Positions 19,648 through 30,150 of a DNA stretch of 64,000 bases are shown here, one piece after another. The position numbers were made by a program, and so were the translations under genes. This DNA comes from an uncultured delta proteobacterium (GTDB lineage: Bacteria > Desulfobacterota > WTBG01 > CAIYCZ01 > CAIRTM01). The DNA is taken from assembly GCA_963723235.1 (NCBI GenBank), contig CAVRPV010000020.1:19250-83249 (forward strand), read 5' to 3'. The notes beneath the pieces were generated by a model that saw only the letters and a program-made list of their open reading frames with translations, did not search any database and was not told the origin of the DNA. Numbering within the stretch: the first letter of the stretch is position 1; each line of letters starts with the position of its first letter.

Positions 19648-19874
19648 ACATAACCCCCTATAATATGAATGCACGTCATTTTAGCCAGACTTTATGCGTG
19701 TACAATACCTACCATACTATATATTTTTTTCAATTGCTTCAACCAAAAACCGTTCTTTTATGCCTGAGTCACAAAAAAAACATTTACATCTGCCATATCT
19801 TTAGTTTAAGGTTGCAAAATAATCAAAAAATCACACTATGTAGACTCCTTACGCACCGGGGAAAGGTAGCGCAC

Positions 19875-20249
19875 ATGGCACTTGAAAGCAAACTGGCCGA
19901 TATTAAAAAGTATATTTCGTTAAAGCAAGAGACACATATCGGCGATATAGTGATAGTGGGAAGAGCTGAGGGTATTGTCTACGCTACAGTGTCGGACATC
20001 AAACCGGATATTAAAAAAACCTGGTACTCAGTGCGCTTTACCATGCTTATGTTGCCGCCAGTCGAACTTACATGGAAACTTCGCCAACCGCAGATGTGCG
20101 GTGAAATTTTTACCATCAACGGTGAAGAACACTTTATGGCGGCTGTTGCATTTACAACCGGAGAAGCGGACATTGCTTTAAACAACCGCGATAGCGACGC
20201 TAAGAACGACCGACCCGGAAAGGTTTTACAGTTCACACCAAAACAATAG
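19875..20249 (+). CDS. Hypothetical protein (124 aa)
   Basis: RBS GAAAGG before MALESKL. The ORF-track extension from 19599 crosses AT-rich intergenic DNA. Confidence 0.75.
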   Translation: MALESKLADIKKYISLKQETHIGDIVIVGRAEGIVYATVSDIKPDIKKTWYSVRFTMLMLPPVELTWKLRQPQMCGEIFTINGEEHFMAAVAFTTGEADIALNNRDSDAKNDRPGKVLQFTPKQ

Positions 20250-20381
20250 CCCGTGAAACAGCGTAACGATTGAAGGCACATGACACCCATGTGCCGCGCT
20301 GGCGGCACCGCACAACAGGCAACAGAGGCTCTATCATTGGGGGTGTTCAATACACCACACATAATCTTATAGGGAATACCC

Positions 20382-20711
20382 ATGTCGGACAAACGCGTTT
20401 TTAAACGAATCAAAAAAACTCTGCAGGTAACCATAACCTCAGAAAACGGCACCCATAGCGCCCTCACCGAAGATGTGTCTGCAGCGGGTTTCTTCATTAA
20501 AACCCAAAAGGTTTTCCCGCCCGGCAGCATACTGAATATTAGCCTGAAAGGACCATCAGACACCATTGAAATGTCCTGCCGAGTGGTTTGGGCCCGCAAG
20601 GTACCGAGCAACCTGTTTCATCTGGCAAGCAAAAACGGTATGGGTGTCCTGATCACCGAATTTCAAAAAGGGGAAGATGAGTATCACCTGCTGTATCAGA
20701 AAAAAGTATAA
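20382..20711 (+). CDS. PilZ-domain protein
   Basis: KRVFKR (RxxxR) and DVSAAGFFI (DxSxxG), plus the C-terminal strand GMGVLI. Confidence 0.88.
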   Translation: MSDKRVFKRIKKTLQVTITSENGTHSALTEDVSAAGFFIKTQKVFPPGSILNISLKGPSDTIEMSCRVVWARKVPSNLFHLASKNGMGVLITEFQKGEDEYHLLYQKKV

Positions 20712-20939
20712 AAAAACAGCTCCTTAGACAATAAAATCAACTTCCGCTCTTGATTTTTCCACACATTCAGGTAATACTGTAAATATAGCGGGAAGGATAG
20801 GGGTTGCCCCTCCGCTTTTTCCCTGAATAGCCTGCCAATAGGCCTTCCTTCCCCTTTTCTTTTACCCCCTACCAGCCGGCCAGGCAGTTTCGATAGCCCC
20901 ATTGACAGTGATTTTTTTTCAAAAGAGAGTAATTTTTGA

Positions 20940-20967
20940 TTGATGTATGTACCAATTTTGATATAAT
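20940..20967 (+). promoter_or_regulatory. sigma70 promoter of rpmB
   Basis: TTGATG-N16-TATAAT with extended -10 TG at 20959-20960. Confidence 0.7.
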
Positions 20968-21027
20968 GTTTTATTTAACACAAGGACAATCAGAACGCAC
21001 AGCAGCTATCTATGGAGGTTATATACA

Positions 21028-21252
21028 ATGGGAAAAGTATGCAGTATTTGCGGTAAAGGGCGACAAGTTGGATACAGCGTCAGCCACGCGCACAATAAAA
21101 GCAAAAAAGTATGGAAACCCAATGTTCAAAAGGTTCGCTCAATGAACAGCGGAACTGCAAAAAGGGTTTATGCATGCACCCGCTGTATACGGTCAGGCTT
21201 CATAGCAAAACCCCTGCGTAAAACAGCCAGCCCCGTCGACGCTGCGGTATAA
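21028..21252 (+). CDS. rpmB: 50S ribosomal protein L28 (zinc-ribbon form)
   Basis: VCSICGK..GYSVSHAHNKSKKVWKPNVQ..CTRCIRSG. RBS GGAGG. Confidence 0.97.
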   Translation: MGKVCSICGKGRQVGYSVSHAHNKSKKVWKPNVQKVRSMNSGTAKRVYACTRCIRSGFIAKPLRKTASPVDAAV

Positions 21253-21382
21253 TAGCGGCTTGAGCAGCCGTTAAAAGTCCAGAAATTCTCAAGGGAAGCC
21301 ATTAGCAAACAACTGAGCACACCGGGCCGCGCGCCACTGTTACCGGGGATGCAACTGGCTCAGTGTATCGACTACCAGGGAT

Positions 21383-23542
21383 TCAGGGCCGCAGACGCGA
21401 AACCTTCAGAACACCCTTAACCTTTTTGATTTCCTGAATCACCGCATCCAGCATAGCAAGACTGTTGATTTCAACGGTAAAAACACTGATAGCCTTTTTC
21501 TCAGGGGTTGTCCTGACACTTGCGTTCAGTATATTGGTTTCAGCACTGGCAATTGATGAAGTAATCGATGCCAGCAAACCTTTTTTATCCTCACAGATTA
21601 CCTCAATCGGCACAACCGCCACATGACGCGAGCACTCATCCCACTGTGCGTCGATAACGCGTTCAGGATCGGCCAGTTTGAGAAACGAGCAGTCACGGGC
21701 ATGTACGGTTACACCCCTGCCCCGCGTGATAAACCCTTTGACTGCATCACCGTGAATGGGGTTGCAGCACTTGCCGAACCGGACAAGCAGGTCATCCATG
21801 CCCTGCACCAGCACCCCGAGATTATTTTTCCGCTCACGTGCCTTTACCGTACGTTTTGAAGGTTCGGGCGCTGCAGGCTGTTCAGCCGGTTCATCAGGCA
21901 TAACTTTATTGATGACCTGCCTAATGCCGATACGGCCCTGCCCGATTGCGGCCAGCAAATCATCAACATTCTTAACCTTATTTTTACCCATTTTTTCAAC
22001 CAGCTGGCCATCCTTAAGCATTCGGGTAAAATTGAGCTTATGCTTGCGAAACTCCTTTTCCCCGATTTCACGACCCAGGGCAATACTGCGCTCAAGTTCC
22101 TGCTGGCGTATCCAGTTTCTGATTTTCGTCCTTGCCCGGGATGTTTTAACGATTTTAAGCCAGTCACGACTGGGATGATGGCCGGACTGGGTCAAAATTT
22201 CAACGACATCACCACTGTGGATTTCAGAGCGTAGCGGCACAATACCGTTATTGACTTTGGCACCCACGCAGCGGTTGCCGACATCAGTATGAATGCAGTA
22301 GGCAAAATCTATGGGAGTAGCCCCTTTGGGGAGTTCGACTACCTCTCCGGCAGGCGTAAAGGCAAAAACCTCATCCGGGAATACCTCAACCCTGAATGCA
22401 TCTAAAAACTCTCGCGAATCGTTCATCTCCTTCTGAGATTCAAGAATATTCTGCAGCCAGGTAAAGCGCTGATCATCCTTCTGTTCGATCGTACTGCCTT
22501 CTTTGTATTTCCAGTGAGCGGCGATACCATGTCTGGCCACCCGATCCATATCCCCTGTTCTGATCTGTATCTCAATGCGCTGCCCGTATGGACCGATTAC
22601 GATCGTATGCAGCGACTGATACATATTAGTCTTAGGCAATGAAATATAGTCCTTGAAGCGTCCGGGAACCGGCTTCCACAAAGCATGGATAATACCCAGC
22701 ACCTCGTAGCACTCCGGCCGCTCCTCCACAATAATGCGGAACGCGGTTAAGTCATATATCTGGCTGAAATCAAGGTTCTGCGTCTGCATTTTGCTGTAAA
22801 TGCTGAATAGATGCTTATGCCGACCGGTAATACTTGCCTTAATGCCTGACTGGGCAAGCTTGGATTCAATAATCCCGATTACCTCATTGACATAGCGTTC
22901 GCGCTGCTCAGATGAACGCGCAAGATTGTCCCTGATTTCGTTATACATCTCAGCATGCGTATAGCGCAAGGACAGGTCTTCCAACTCGCGTTTCACAACA
23001 TAGAGCCCCAGGCGGCTGGCGAGCGGAGCATAAATATCAAGTGTCTGCCTGGCGGTTCGCTCCTGCTTCTCTACAGGCATGTATTCAAGTGTGCGCATAT
23101 TATGCATGCGGTCAGCCAGTTTGATCAAAAGCACGCGTATGTCTTTCGACATGGCCAGTATCATTTTACGAAAGTTATCTGCGTGTGTGTCCTTTTTGCG
23201 ACCACTTGTAATTTTACTGATTTTCGTCACACCGTCGACCAGAAAGGCGACTTCATCGCCGAACATGGCCCGGATCTCATCAAGGGTCGCATACGTATCC
23301 TCAACGGTATCATGCAGCAATCCCGTTACTACGGTGTACACATCAAGGTTGAGATCGGCCAGGATCTTGGCCACGGACAGCGGATGGTTCAAATACGGTT
23401 CACCCGACATACGGGTTTGCCCCTGATGAACTTTTGCGGAAAAAACATAGGCCCGGCTGATCAGACCAAGATCAGCCTCGGGGAAATACGAGGTCACCTG
23501 TTCAATGATATCATTTATGCGGACTATCTTTGACTCAGCCAT
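21383..23542 (-). CDS. spoT: Bifunctional (p)ppGpp synthetase/hydrolase
   Basis: SGEPY..HP, LLHDTVED, IKLADRMHNMRTL, EIQIRT and AAHWKYKE, plus TGS and ACT domains. Confidence 0.96.
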   Translation of the reverse strand: MAESKIVRINDIIEQVTSYFPEADLGLISRAYVFSAKVHQGQTRMSGEPYLNHPLSVAKILADLNLDVYTVVTGLLHDTVEDTYATLDEIRAMFGDEVAFLVDGVTKISKITSGRKKDTHADNFRKMILAMSKDIRVLLIKLADRMHNMRTLEYMPVEKQERTARQTLDIYAPLASRLGLYVVKRELEDLSLRYTHAEMYNEIRDNLARSSEQRERYVNEVIGIIESKLAQSGIKASITGRHKHLFSIYSKMQTQNLDFSQIYDLTAFRIIVEERPECYEVLGIIHALWKPVPGRFKDYISLPKTNMYQSLHTIVIGPYGQRIEIQIRTGDMDRVARHGIAAHWKYKEGSTIEQKDDQRFTWLQNILESQKEMNDSREFLDAFRVEVFPDEVFAFTPAGEVVELPKGATPIDFAYCIHTDVGNRCVGAKVNNGIVPLRSEIHSGDVVEILTQSGHHPSRDWLKIVKTSRARTKIRNWIRQQELERSIALGREIGEKEFRKHKLNFTRMLKDGQLVEKMGKNKVKNVDDLLAAIGQGRIGIRQVINKVMPDEPAEQPAAPEPSKRTVKARERKNNLGVLVQGMDDLLVRFGKCCNPIHGDAVKGFITRGRGVTVHARDCSFLKLADPERVIDAQWDECSRHVAVVPIEVICEDKKGLLASITSSIASAETNILNASVRTTPEKKAISVFTVEINSLAMLDAVIQEIKKVKGVLKVSRLRP

Positions 23543-23590
23543 GATACCTGACACCTGCACCCCTGACACGCTGACGGCCCGGCTGCGCGA

Positions 23591-25303
23591 CTACAGCTTC
23601 GACAATGCTTCCAACACCTTTCCAACAGTGTCACCGATTGCGACCTGCACCTGCTCACCGTTTTTACGCCACTTTATATCAATTAAGCCATCCTGCACTG
23701 CATTGCGGCCAACGGTCACACGAAGGGGTATACCGATAAGGTCAGCATCCTTAAACTTAATGCCGGGCCGCTCGTCGCGATCGTCAAGCAACACGTCTGC
23801 CCCGTGTCCAAGAAGCGCTTCATACAGATTCACGGCAACATCATTTTGCTGCGCATCAGTCGGGTTAACCAGAACAATCAACACGGAAAACGGCGCAATC
23901 GGGACAGGGAATATTATCCCGTCCTTGTCATGTGACTGCTCGATAGCCGCGGCCACTGTACGCCCGACCCCGATTCCGTAACAACCCATCACCATCGGGT
24001 GCGACTTCCCCTGGGCATCAAGGAACTCCGCATGCATGGCAGTGCTGTACTTGGTGCCGAGCTTGAATATATGCCCCACTTCAATGCCGCGGGTAGTCGT
24101 GAGTGCCTGCGCACAGCGTGGGCAGGCATCACCCTCGACAGCAAGCCGGATGTCGGCAAAGGCATCAACCTTAAAGTCGCGGCCGATGTTGACATTCACT
24201 ATGTGCACATCACATTCGTTGCCGCCGGCGACCATATTCGTAATTCCTTTAAGACCATTGTCTGCAATAATGCGGACATCCCGCAAGCCTGCCGGTCCGG
24301 CAAAGCCCCGGGGAGCACCGGTGACACGTTCAATCAAGGCTTCATCAGCCAGAACAAGTTCACTGCATTTTAGATAATTTTTAAGCTTGATTTCATTGAT
24401 ATCATGATCCCCTCGCACCAGCGCGGCTACTGCCCCGGACCCGGTATCAAAAATCAGTGTTTTTATGACCGCAGCAGGCTCAACTTTTAAAAACGAACAC
24501 ACCTCGTCAATCGTCCGCACATTCGGTGTGGCCACGCGTTCAAGCACGCCAAACTGATCCGGGCTCGATTCGCAAACATCAGGCGCGAGTATCTCCGCCT
24601 TCTCAGTGTTCGCAGCGTACTCACACGAAGTGCAGGTAACAATCATATCCTCACCAGTATCAGCCAGCACCATGAACTCATGCGAAAAGCTGCCGCCGAT
24701 CGGTCCGCTGTCAGCCTCCACTGCCCTGAAACTCAGGCCCAGACGGGCAAAAATATTCGTATACGCAGCAAACATTTTCATGTAGCTCCGCTCGGCTCCA
24801 GCCTCATCGACATCAAAACTGTAGGCATCCTTCATTATGAATTCCCGCGCGCGCATAACCCCGAAGCGAGGACGGATTTCATCCCGAAACTTAATATGAA
24901 TCTGATAGAGATTGACGGGCAGCTGCTTATAGGATGAGATCAGCCCCCGTACAACATCCGTTATGACTTCTTCATGTGTGGGCCCCAGGCAAAACTCGCG
25001 TTCATTCCGGTCCTTCAGGCGCACAAGCTCCTTGCCGTATACATTCCAGCGCCCGCTTTCATGCCACAGCTCGGCAGGCTGCACAAACGGCAGCGTCAAC
25101 TCAAGCGCGCCAGCCCGATTCATTTCCTCGCGCACGATCTGTGCGGTTTTTTGCAGCACACGCTCTCCCAGCGGCAGGGTGGCATATATTCCTGCTGCCA
25201 GTTTGCGAATCATGCCTGAACGCAGCATCAGTTGATGGCTGATGACTTCAGCCTCCGCCGGAACCTCGCGCAAGGTCGGTATAAGAAACTGGGTATAACG
25301 CAT
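23591..25303 (-). CDS. proS: Proline--tRNA ligase (with editing domain)
   Basis: LGPTHEE, FRDEIRPRFGVMRAREFIMKD, GIEVGHIF and MGCYGIG. Confidence 0.98.
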   Translation of the reverse strand: MRYTQFLIPTLREVPAEAEVISHQLMLRSGMIRKLAAGIYATLPLGERVLQKTAQIVREEMNRAGALELTLPFVQPAELWHESGRWNVYGKELVRLKDRNEREFCLGPTHEEVITDVVRGLISSYKQLPVNLYQIHIKFRDEIRPRFGVMRAREFIMKDAYSFDVDEAGAERSYMKMFAAYTNIFARLGLSFRAVEADSGPIGGSFSHEFMVLADTGEDMIVTCTSCEYAANTEKAEILAPDVCESSPDQFGVLERVATPNVRTIDEVCSFLKVEPAAVIKTLIFDTGSGAVAALVRGDHDINEIKLKNYLKCSELVLADEALIERVTGAPRGFAGPAGLRDVRIIADNGLKGITNMVAGGNECDVHIVNVNIGRDFKVDAFADIRLAVEGDACPRCAQALTTTRGIEVGHIFKLGTKYSTAMHAEFLDAQGKSHPMVMGCYGIGVGRTVAAAIEQSHDKDGIIFPVPIAPFSVLIVLVNPTDAQQNDVAVNLYEALLGHGADVLLDDRDERPGIKFKDADLIGIPLRVTVGRNAVQDGLIDIKWRKNGEQVQVAIGDTVGKVLEALSKL

Positions 25304-25342
25304 GCTGTCTCCTTCTCACAGGGCCGTGTGGCACCCGAGTCG

Positions 25343-26441
25343 TTAATGTTTTTTCTTTAAGCCGTCCGCATCTGATACGGTCTCACGCTCAAGCAATTCA
25401 AGCTCACGCAGGAACTCCTCCAACACATGATCCTGAGGGCACGTTTTCACAATCCGGCCTTTCTTGAATATTACGCCACGGTTGCGGCTGCCGGCAATAC
25501 CGATATCAGCCTCGCGCGCCTCACCGGGCCCGTTGACCTCGCAGCCCATAACGGCAACCGTGATGGGCGCGCGACTGCGGCCCAAACGTTTTTCAACCTG
25601 GCTCGCCAGCCTCACAACATCAATCTGTCGACGGCCGCAGGTTGGACAGGAAATAAGTTCAGGGCCGCGCCGGCGCAGTCCCAGACACTGCAATATCGCA
25701 AAACCAGCCCGAACCTCTTCAACCGGGTCTGCCGAAAGAGAAACCCGCAGCGTGTCACCGATACCTTCATGCAGCAGAACCCCCAGGCCGATTGCCGACT
25801 TTATGGTACCTGAAAACAGCGTTCCCGCCTCAGTCACTCCGATATGCAGCGGATAGCGCGTTTTTTTCGAAACCAGCCGATAAGCGTCGATTGTTGTAAG
25901 CACATCCGCAGACTTGATTGAGATCTTAATCTGGTCAAAACCCATACGCTCAACCAGCTCAACATTGCGCAACGCGCTTTCCGCTAAGGCTTCAGCACAG
26001 GGGGAACCGTACTTTTTTAAAATGTCCTTTTCAAGAGAGCCTCCATTAATGCCGATCCTGATCGGCACACAGCGCTTCCTGGCCGCATCAACCACCTGAC
26101 GTACGCGGCTGGCAGCTCCGATATTGCCGGGATTGATACGCAATCCATGCACCCCCGCTTCCAGACTCTGCAGCGCAAGCCGGTGGCTGAAATGAATATC
26201 GGCAATGACAGGAATGCGAGCGGCCTTGACTATTGCTAGTCAAGGCTGCAACAGCCTTTTCATCCGGCACGGCAACACGCACAATATCACATCCGGCACG
26301 CTCAAGCCGCCTGATCTGGCGTATGGTCGCAGCAGCATCCCGGGTATCAGTACTGGTCATGGACTGCACGCTCACCGGGGACTTCCCACCCACCGGTACA
26401 TTGCCGACCATGATTGTCTTCGTATGTCTGCGCTTTTTCAT
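25343..26441 (-). CDS. ispG: (E)-4-hydroxy-3-methylbut-2-enyl-diphosphate synthase, one +1 insertion near 26238
   Basis: [39 protein letters not shown] and [11 protein letters not shown]. Confidence 0.96.
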
Positions 26442-26514
26442 ACTGAAGGCTCCTGCCACGCCAAATCCGCACTGCAGGACATGCGGTTTACCTGAACGCT
26501 TCCGCGCGGCACAA

Positions 26515-27430
26515 TCATACCATTAAACTGCCAACGACCTGTTCGAGCCGTTCAAAGCCATGCTCGGACATGTACGCCTCAATCCCGGCCACGATGCTTG
26601 CAGGAATTGAGGGATCAACAAAAAGTCCCGTGCCGACCTGAACTGCACAGGCCCCGGCAATCAAGAACTGGAGGGCGTCATCTGGCATTCATAATGCCTC
26701 CCAGACCAATAACCGGGATACGTACCGCTTGACACACCTGCCAGACCATGCGAACGGCAATCGGGCGGATCGCCGGCCCGGAAAGACCACCGGTTATGTT
26801 GGCGAGAACAGGCCTGCGGGTTGCAGGATCAATCACCATACCGGTCAGGGTATTAATAAGCGAAACCGCGTCCGCCCCACCCTGCTCAACGCTGCGTGCT
26901 ATCAGCGCAATATCGGCTACATTGGGAGTCAGCTTGACAATCAGCGGCAAACGGGTAACCGATCGTATGCGCGCGGTAATCTCTCCAGCCATGCGCGCAT
27001 CAGTACCGAAGGAAATACCGCCCTGTTTAATGTTCGGACATGAGATATTGGCTTCAAGCGCAGAAATGCCCTCAACCGCCGAAAGACGCTTAGCGAGTTC
27101 AACGTACTGTTCAACTGTATTGCCGTAAAAATTAACGATTACCGGCGTTGAACCCGTGCGCAACAAGGGCATTTTTTCGGCAATAAACACCTCAAAACCG
27201 ACATTTTGCAACCCAATCGCATTCAACATACCCGAAGGAGTTTCAATAATCCGGGGCACTGGATTGCCAGCCGAAGGCAGCAACGAGATGCCCTTGGTGA
27301 TCAAAGCCCCAAGGACGCTGTTGTCGATCAGGGATGCATATTCCTGGCCATACCCAAAGGTTCCGGAAGCAGCCATGACCGGATTCTTTAAATTCAGCGA
27401 GCCGATTCGTGTTGAGATGTCAGGTTTCAC
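26515..27430 (-). CDS. pyrD: Dihydroorotate dehydrogenase family 1B catalytic subunit, one +1 insertion near 26686
   Basis: [26 protein letters not shown] and GGLSGPAI. The C-terminus continues in another frame as [18 protein letters not shown] to TGA at 26515. Confidence 0.95.
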
Positions 27431-27436
27431 GGCCGA

Positions 27437-27602
27437 TCACCAATGCGTGTACCCGCCTGCTGGCACACCGGGACTGCTTTCGAGTTCATAGTATGTTTGC
27501 TGCATCAGCGTTAAAAATATACTCTAATTGCGCATTCCCGTCTACAATCTTTTCATTTTCAGCCCTCTCGCCTTTGCGAATACGATACCAGATACCGTTC
27601 AT
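27437..27602 (-). CDS. Small hypothetical protein (38 aa as written, 54 aa if one base is removed)
   Basis: AAGGA RBS and ATG 27602. The reconstructed stop lies 6 nt before the pyrD start. Confidence 0.35.
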
Positions 27603-27675
27603 AACATCCTTGACGCCTGCGTTTAAGGTTGCTAATCTGCAGAAATAAAAACAAAGCGATAGGCACAGGCATGAA

Positions 27676-28275
27676 GTGATCATGGAGAACCCGCAAATGC
27701 CGATTGAAATCACCTCCCCAATGAACCCCGCCTGCATTGAGCAACTGCACAGCGGTGATCCGGTACTGATCACCGGCATACTCTATGTTGCGCGCGATGC
27801 GGCCCATAAACGAATTATTGAAACTATGGAGAGCGGGCAACAGCTTCCCTTTGAAATTGCCGGCCAAACCATCTACTATATGGGTCCGTCACCGGCACGA
27901 TCCGGCCACTGTATCGGGTCTGCCGGCCCCACAACCAGCGGACGCATGGATGCCTATACCCTGCGTCTGCTTGAAGCCGGACTGTGCGTCATGATCGGCA
28001 AAGGCCCCCGCTCGCATGAAGTAAAAACGGCCATACAACGCTGCCGCGCTGTATATTGTGCGGCACCTGGCGGAGCCGGAGCCCTGCTTTCAAAATGCAT
28101 CCGCCGCAACGACGTTATCGCCTATCCAGAGCTTGGAGCCGAGGCCCTGCGCCGGATTGAGGTTGAACTTTTTCCGGCAATCGTTATTAATGATATATAC
28201 GGCGGCGACCTGTATGAATCCGGCCGGGCGCTGTTCGCGCAAGAACCCTACTGCACGAACGACACAACCAGATAA
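27676..28275 (+). CDS. Fe-S hydro-lyase beta subunit (fumarate hydratase / tartrate dehydratase beta)
   Basis: ARDAAHKR, GSAGPTTSGRMD, MIGKG and YPELGAEA. Confidence 0.93.
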   Translation: MIMENPQMPIEITSPMNPACIEQLHSGDPVLITGILYVARDAAHKRIIETMESGQQLPFEIAGQTIYYMGPSPARSGHCIGSAGPTTSGRMDAYTLRLLEAGLCVMIGKGPRSHEVKTAIQRCRAVYCAAPGGAGALLSKCIRRNDVIAYPELGAEALRRIEVELFPAIVINDIYGGDLYESGRALFAQEPYCTNDTTR

Positions 28276-28428
28276 CAACCGGACATGAATCGGCAGAAGG
28301 TTTGCCGGTTAAATCATGCAACGCAATCAGCGTTGCACCACCCGGCCCTGCAACGATAAAAAGGCATGAAGGAGTTCTACGGAAACAAATGGACTCCGCT
28401 ATGGTGCAAGGCGTTGTAATGACAGGAA

Positions 28429-29646
28429 CTACAAAGTCGAACCGCGGGCAATCACGACGATACCCGATTCAGTAACAGTGAAAGTGCGGGCATCACGTTC
28501 AAGATTGCAACCGATCTCAGTGCCGTCGGGAACCACAACTTGCTTATCAATAATTGCATTCCGAATGGTGCAATCCCGCCCGATAGTCACATTGTCAAGA
28601 ATAATTGAGCCTCTCACGGTCGAATACTGGTTCACGGTCACATTGGGTGAAAGGATGGAATTGCTGATATGCGCGCCCCGTACGTAACAGCCCTTGGATA
28701 TCATTGAATCCGCAACCATGCCGTACAGCGTATTGTTACGCTCTTCAAAACCGGTAATCCTGGCAGAGGGGGCCTGCTTTTCAAATGTATAGATCGGCCA
28801 TTTTTTATCATGCAGCTGTATACCCGCCTCATCGGTTAAAAGATCAAGATTTGCTTCATAGTATGCTTCAATGGTCCCGACGTCTTTCCAATAGGCCGGC
28901 CTGCCGGTGGCAGGATCAGTATGGGAATAGGCAAATATACGATCATCCTTGAGCATTGAAGGGATAATATTCTTGCCGAAATCATGCTCCGTGTCAGCCT
29001 GCCTGGCATTTTCAATCAAACGCTTAACCAGCACATCGGTATTAAAAATATAAACACCCATGTTAACCAGTATTCTATCAGACGTGCCGGGAATGGTTTT
29101 TGGTTTTTCAGGCTTCTCCTGAAAGCCCTTGATACGTTGTGTCCGGTCAATCTGAAGCACGCCGAAATGGCATGATTGCGATGCGGGAACCTCATAGGTC
29201 GCAATGGTTAAATCAGCCTTTTTCTTAAGGTGTTCCTCAATCATCGGGCGGTAGTCCATTTTGTATATATGGTCGCCCGAAAGCACCAGTACCAGATCGG
29301 GCCGCTCCTGCTGCAGGGTATAAAAATTCTGATAAATGGCATCCGCCGTACCCTTGTACCAGGTCTCATTTATGCGCTGTTGCGCATGGATAATGTAGAC
29401 AAATTCACCGACACGACTGCTAAGAAAATTCCAGGCCCTTTGAATGTGTCTGTCGAGCGACAGGGACTTATACTGAGCGAGGATGTATATTTTGCGGATA
29501 TCGGAATTGATACAATTGCTGATGGTGAAATCAATAATACGGTGGGTTCCGCCGAACGGCACTGCCGGTTTGGCACGGTCGCGGGTCAGCGGATAGAGCC
29601 GTTCCCCCTTGCCTCCGGCCATTATCATTGCGAGAACTTTTTTCAT
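28429..29646 (-). CDS. glgC: Glucose-1-phosphate adenylyltransferase
   Basis: MAGGKGERLYPLTRDRAKPAVPFGG, LSGDHIYKMDY, EKP, NMGVY and YWKDVGT. Confidence 0.97.
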   Translation of the reverse strand: MKKVLAMIMAGGKGERLYPLTRDRAKPAVPFGGTHRIIDFTISNCINSDIRKIYILAQYKSLSLDRHIQRAWNFLSSRVGEFVYIIHAQQRINETWYKGTADAIYQNFYTLQQERPDLVLVLSGDHIYKMDYRPMIEEHLKKKADLTIATYEVPASQSCHFGVLQIDRTQRIKGFQEKPEKPKTIPGTSDRILVNMGVYIFNTDVLVKRLIENARQADTEHDFGKNIIPSMLKDDRIFAYSHTDPATGRPAYWKDVGTIEAYYEANLDLLTDEAGIQLHDKKWPIYTFEKQAPSARITGFEERNNTLYGMVADSMISKGCYVRGAHISNSILSPNVTVNQYSTVRGSIILDNVTIGRDCTIRNAIIDKQVVVPDGTEIGCNLERDARTFTVTESGIVVIARGSTL

Positions 29647-30017
29647 GTCCGGACGTTTTTTTTCGCGAGCACTTCGCGAATGGTTGCCTTCAGGGTATCA
29701 AGGTCGTATGATTTTACCACATAGGCATCAGCAGCCCAGCTCATAAAATCATCCTTATACGTTGAATAGGCGGAATTAATAATGATAGGAATATTTTTAT
29801 TCAACTCTATAATTTTTCCGATCGCTTCCAGCCCGTCCATCCTCGGCATGCGGATATCGAGAAGAACGACATCAGGATTTTCTGCTGCGACCTTTTCAAG
29901 GCATTCCTTACCGTCACGCGCGAGTATAGTCTGATATCCCTCGTCAATGAGTTCCTGCTCATACAAGAAACGGACGTTTTCTTCATCATCGACGATTAAA
30001 ACTTTTTCACCGGCCAT
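29643..30017 (-). CDS. Single-domain response regulator
   Basis: IVDDE and DIRMP. The start at 30017 gives correct spacing from AGGAGG, and the stop overlaps the glgC start. Confidence 0.93.
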   Translation of the reverse strand: MAGEKVLIVDDEENVRFLYEQELIDEGYQTILARDGKECLEKVAAENPDVVLLDIRMPRMDGLEAIGKIIELNKNIPIIINSAYSTYKDDFMSWAADAYVVKSYDLDTLKATIREVLAKKNVRT

Positions 30018-30150
30018 GATGCGCATCCTCCTGTATAATAGACTTTAGTTCGGAAGCCCCGAAAAATAAATCATGCTTTGAAACTCAATACAAAATACAA
30101 TAAACCGATTCTGAAATCTATCAAAGTACAAACATACGGCTATTCAACCG

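Noticed and set aside
19599-19874. N-terminal 92-aa extension given by the ORF track
   Set aside because: It crosses the AT-rich divergent promoter region and overlaps the gamma-CA start. A good RBS precedes ATG 19875.
11874-27430. Programmed ribosomal frameshifting in murA, ispG or pyrD
   Set aside because: There are no slippery heptamers at the breaks and no precedent in these families. The same lesion type is scattered across the window, so consensus error is simpler.
28317-28397. Hairpins TGCAACGC/GCGTTGCA and GGAGTTC/GGACTCC, superficially like a fluoride riboswitch
   Set aside because: The GGCGATGG and CTAATGA consensus parts are missing and no gene follows on that strand. They are more likely 3' stem-loops between convergent genes.
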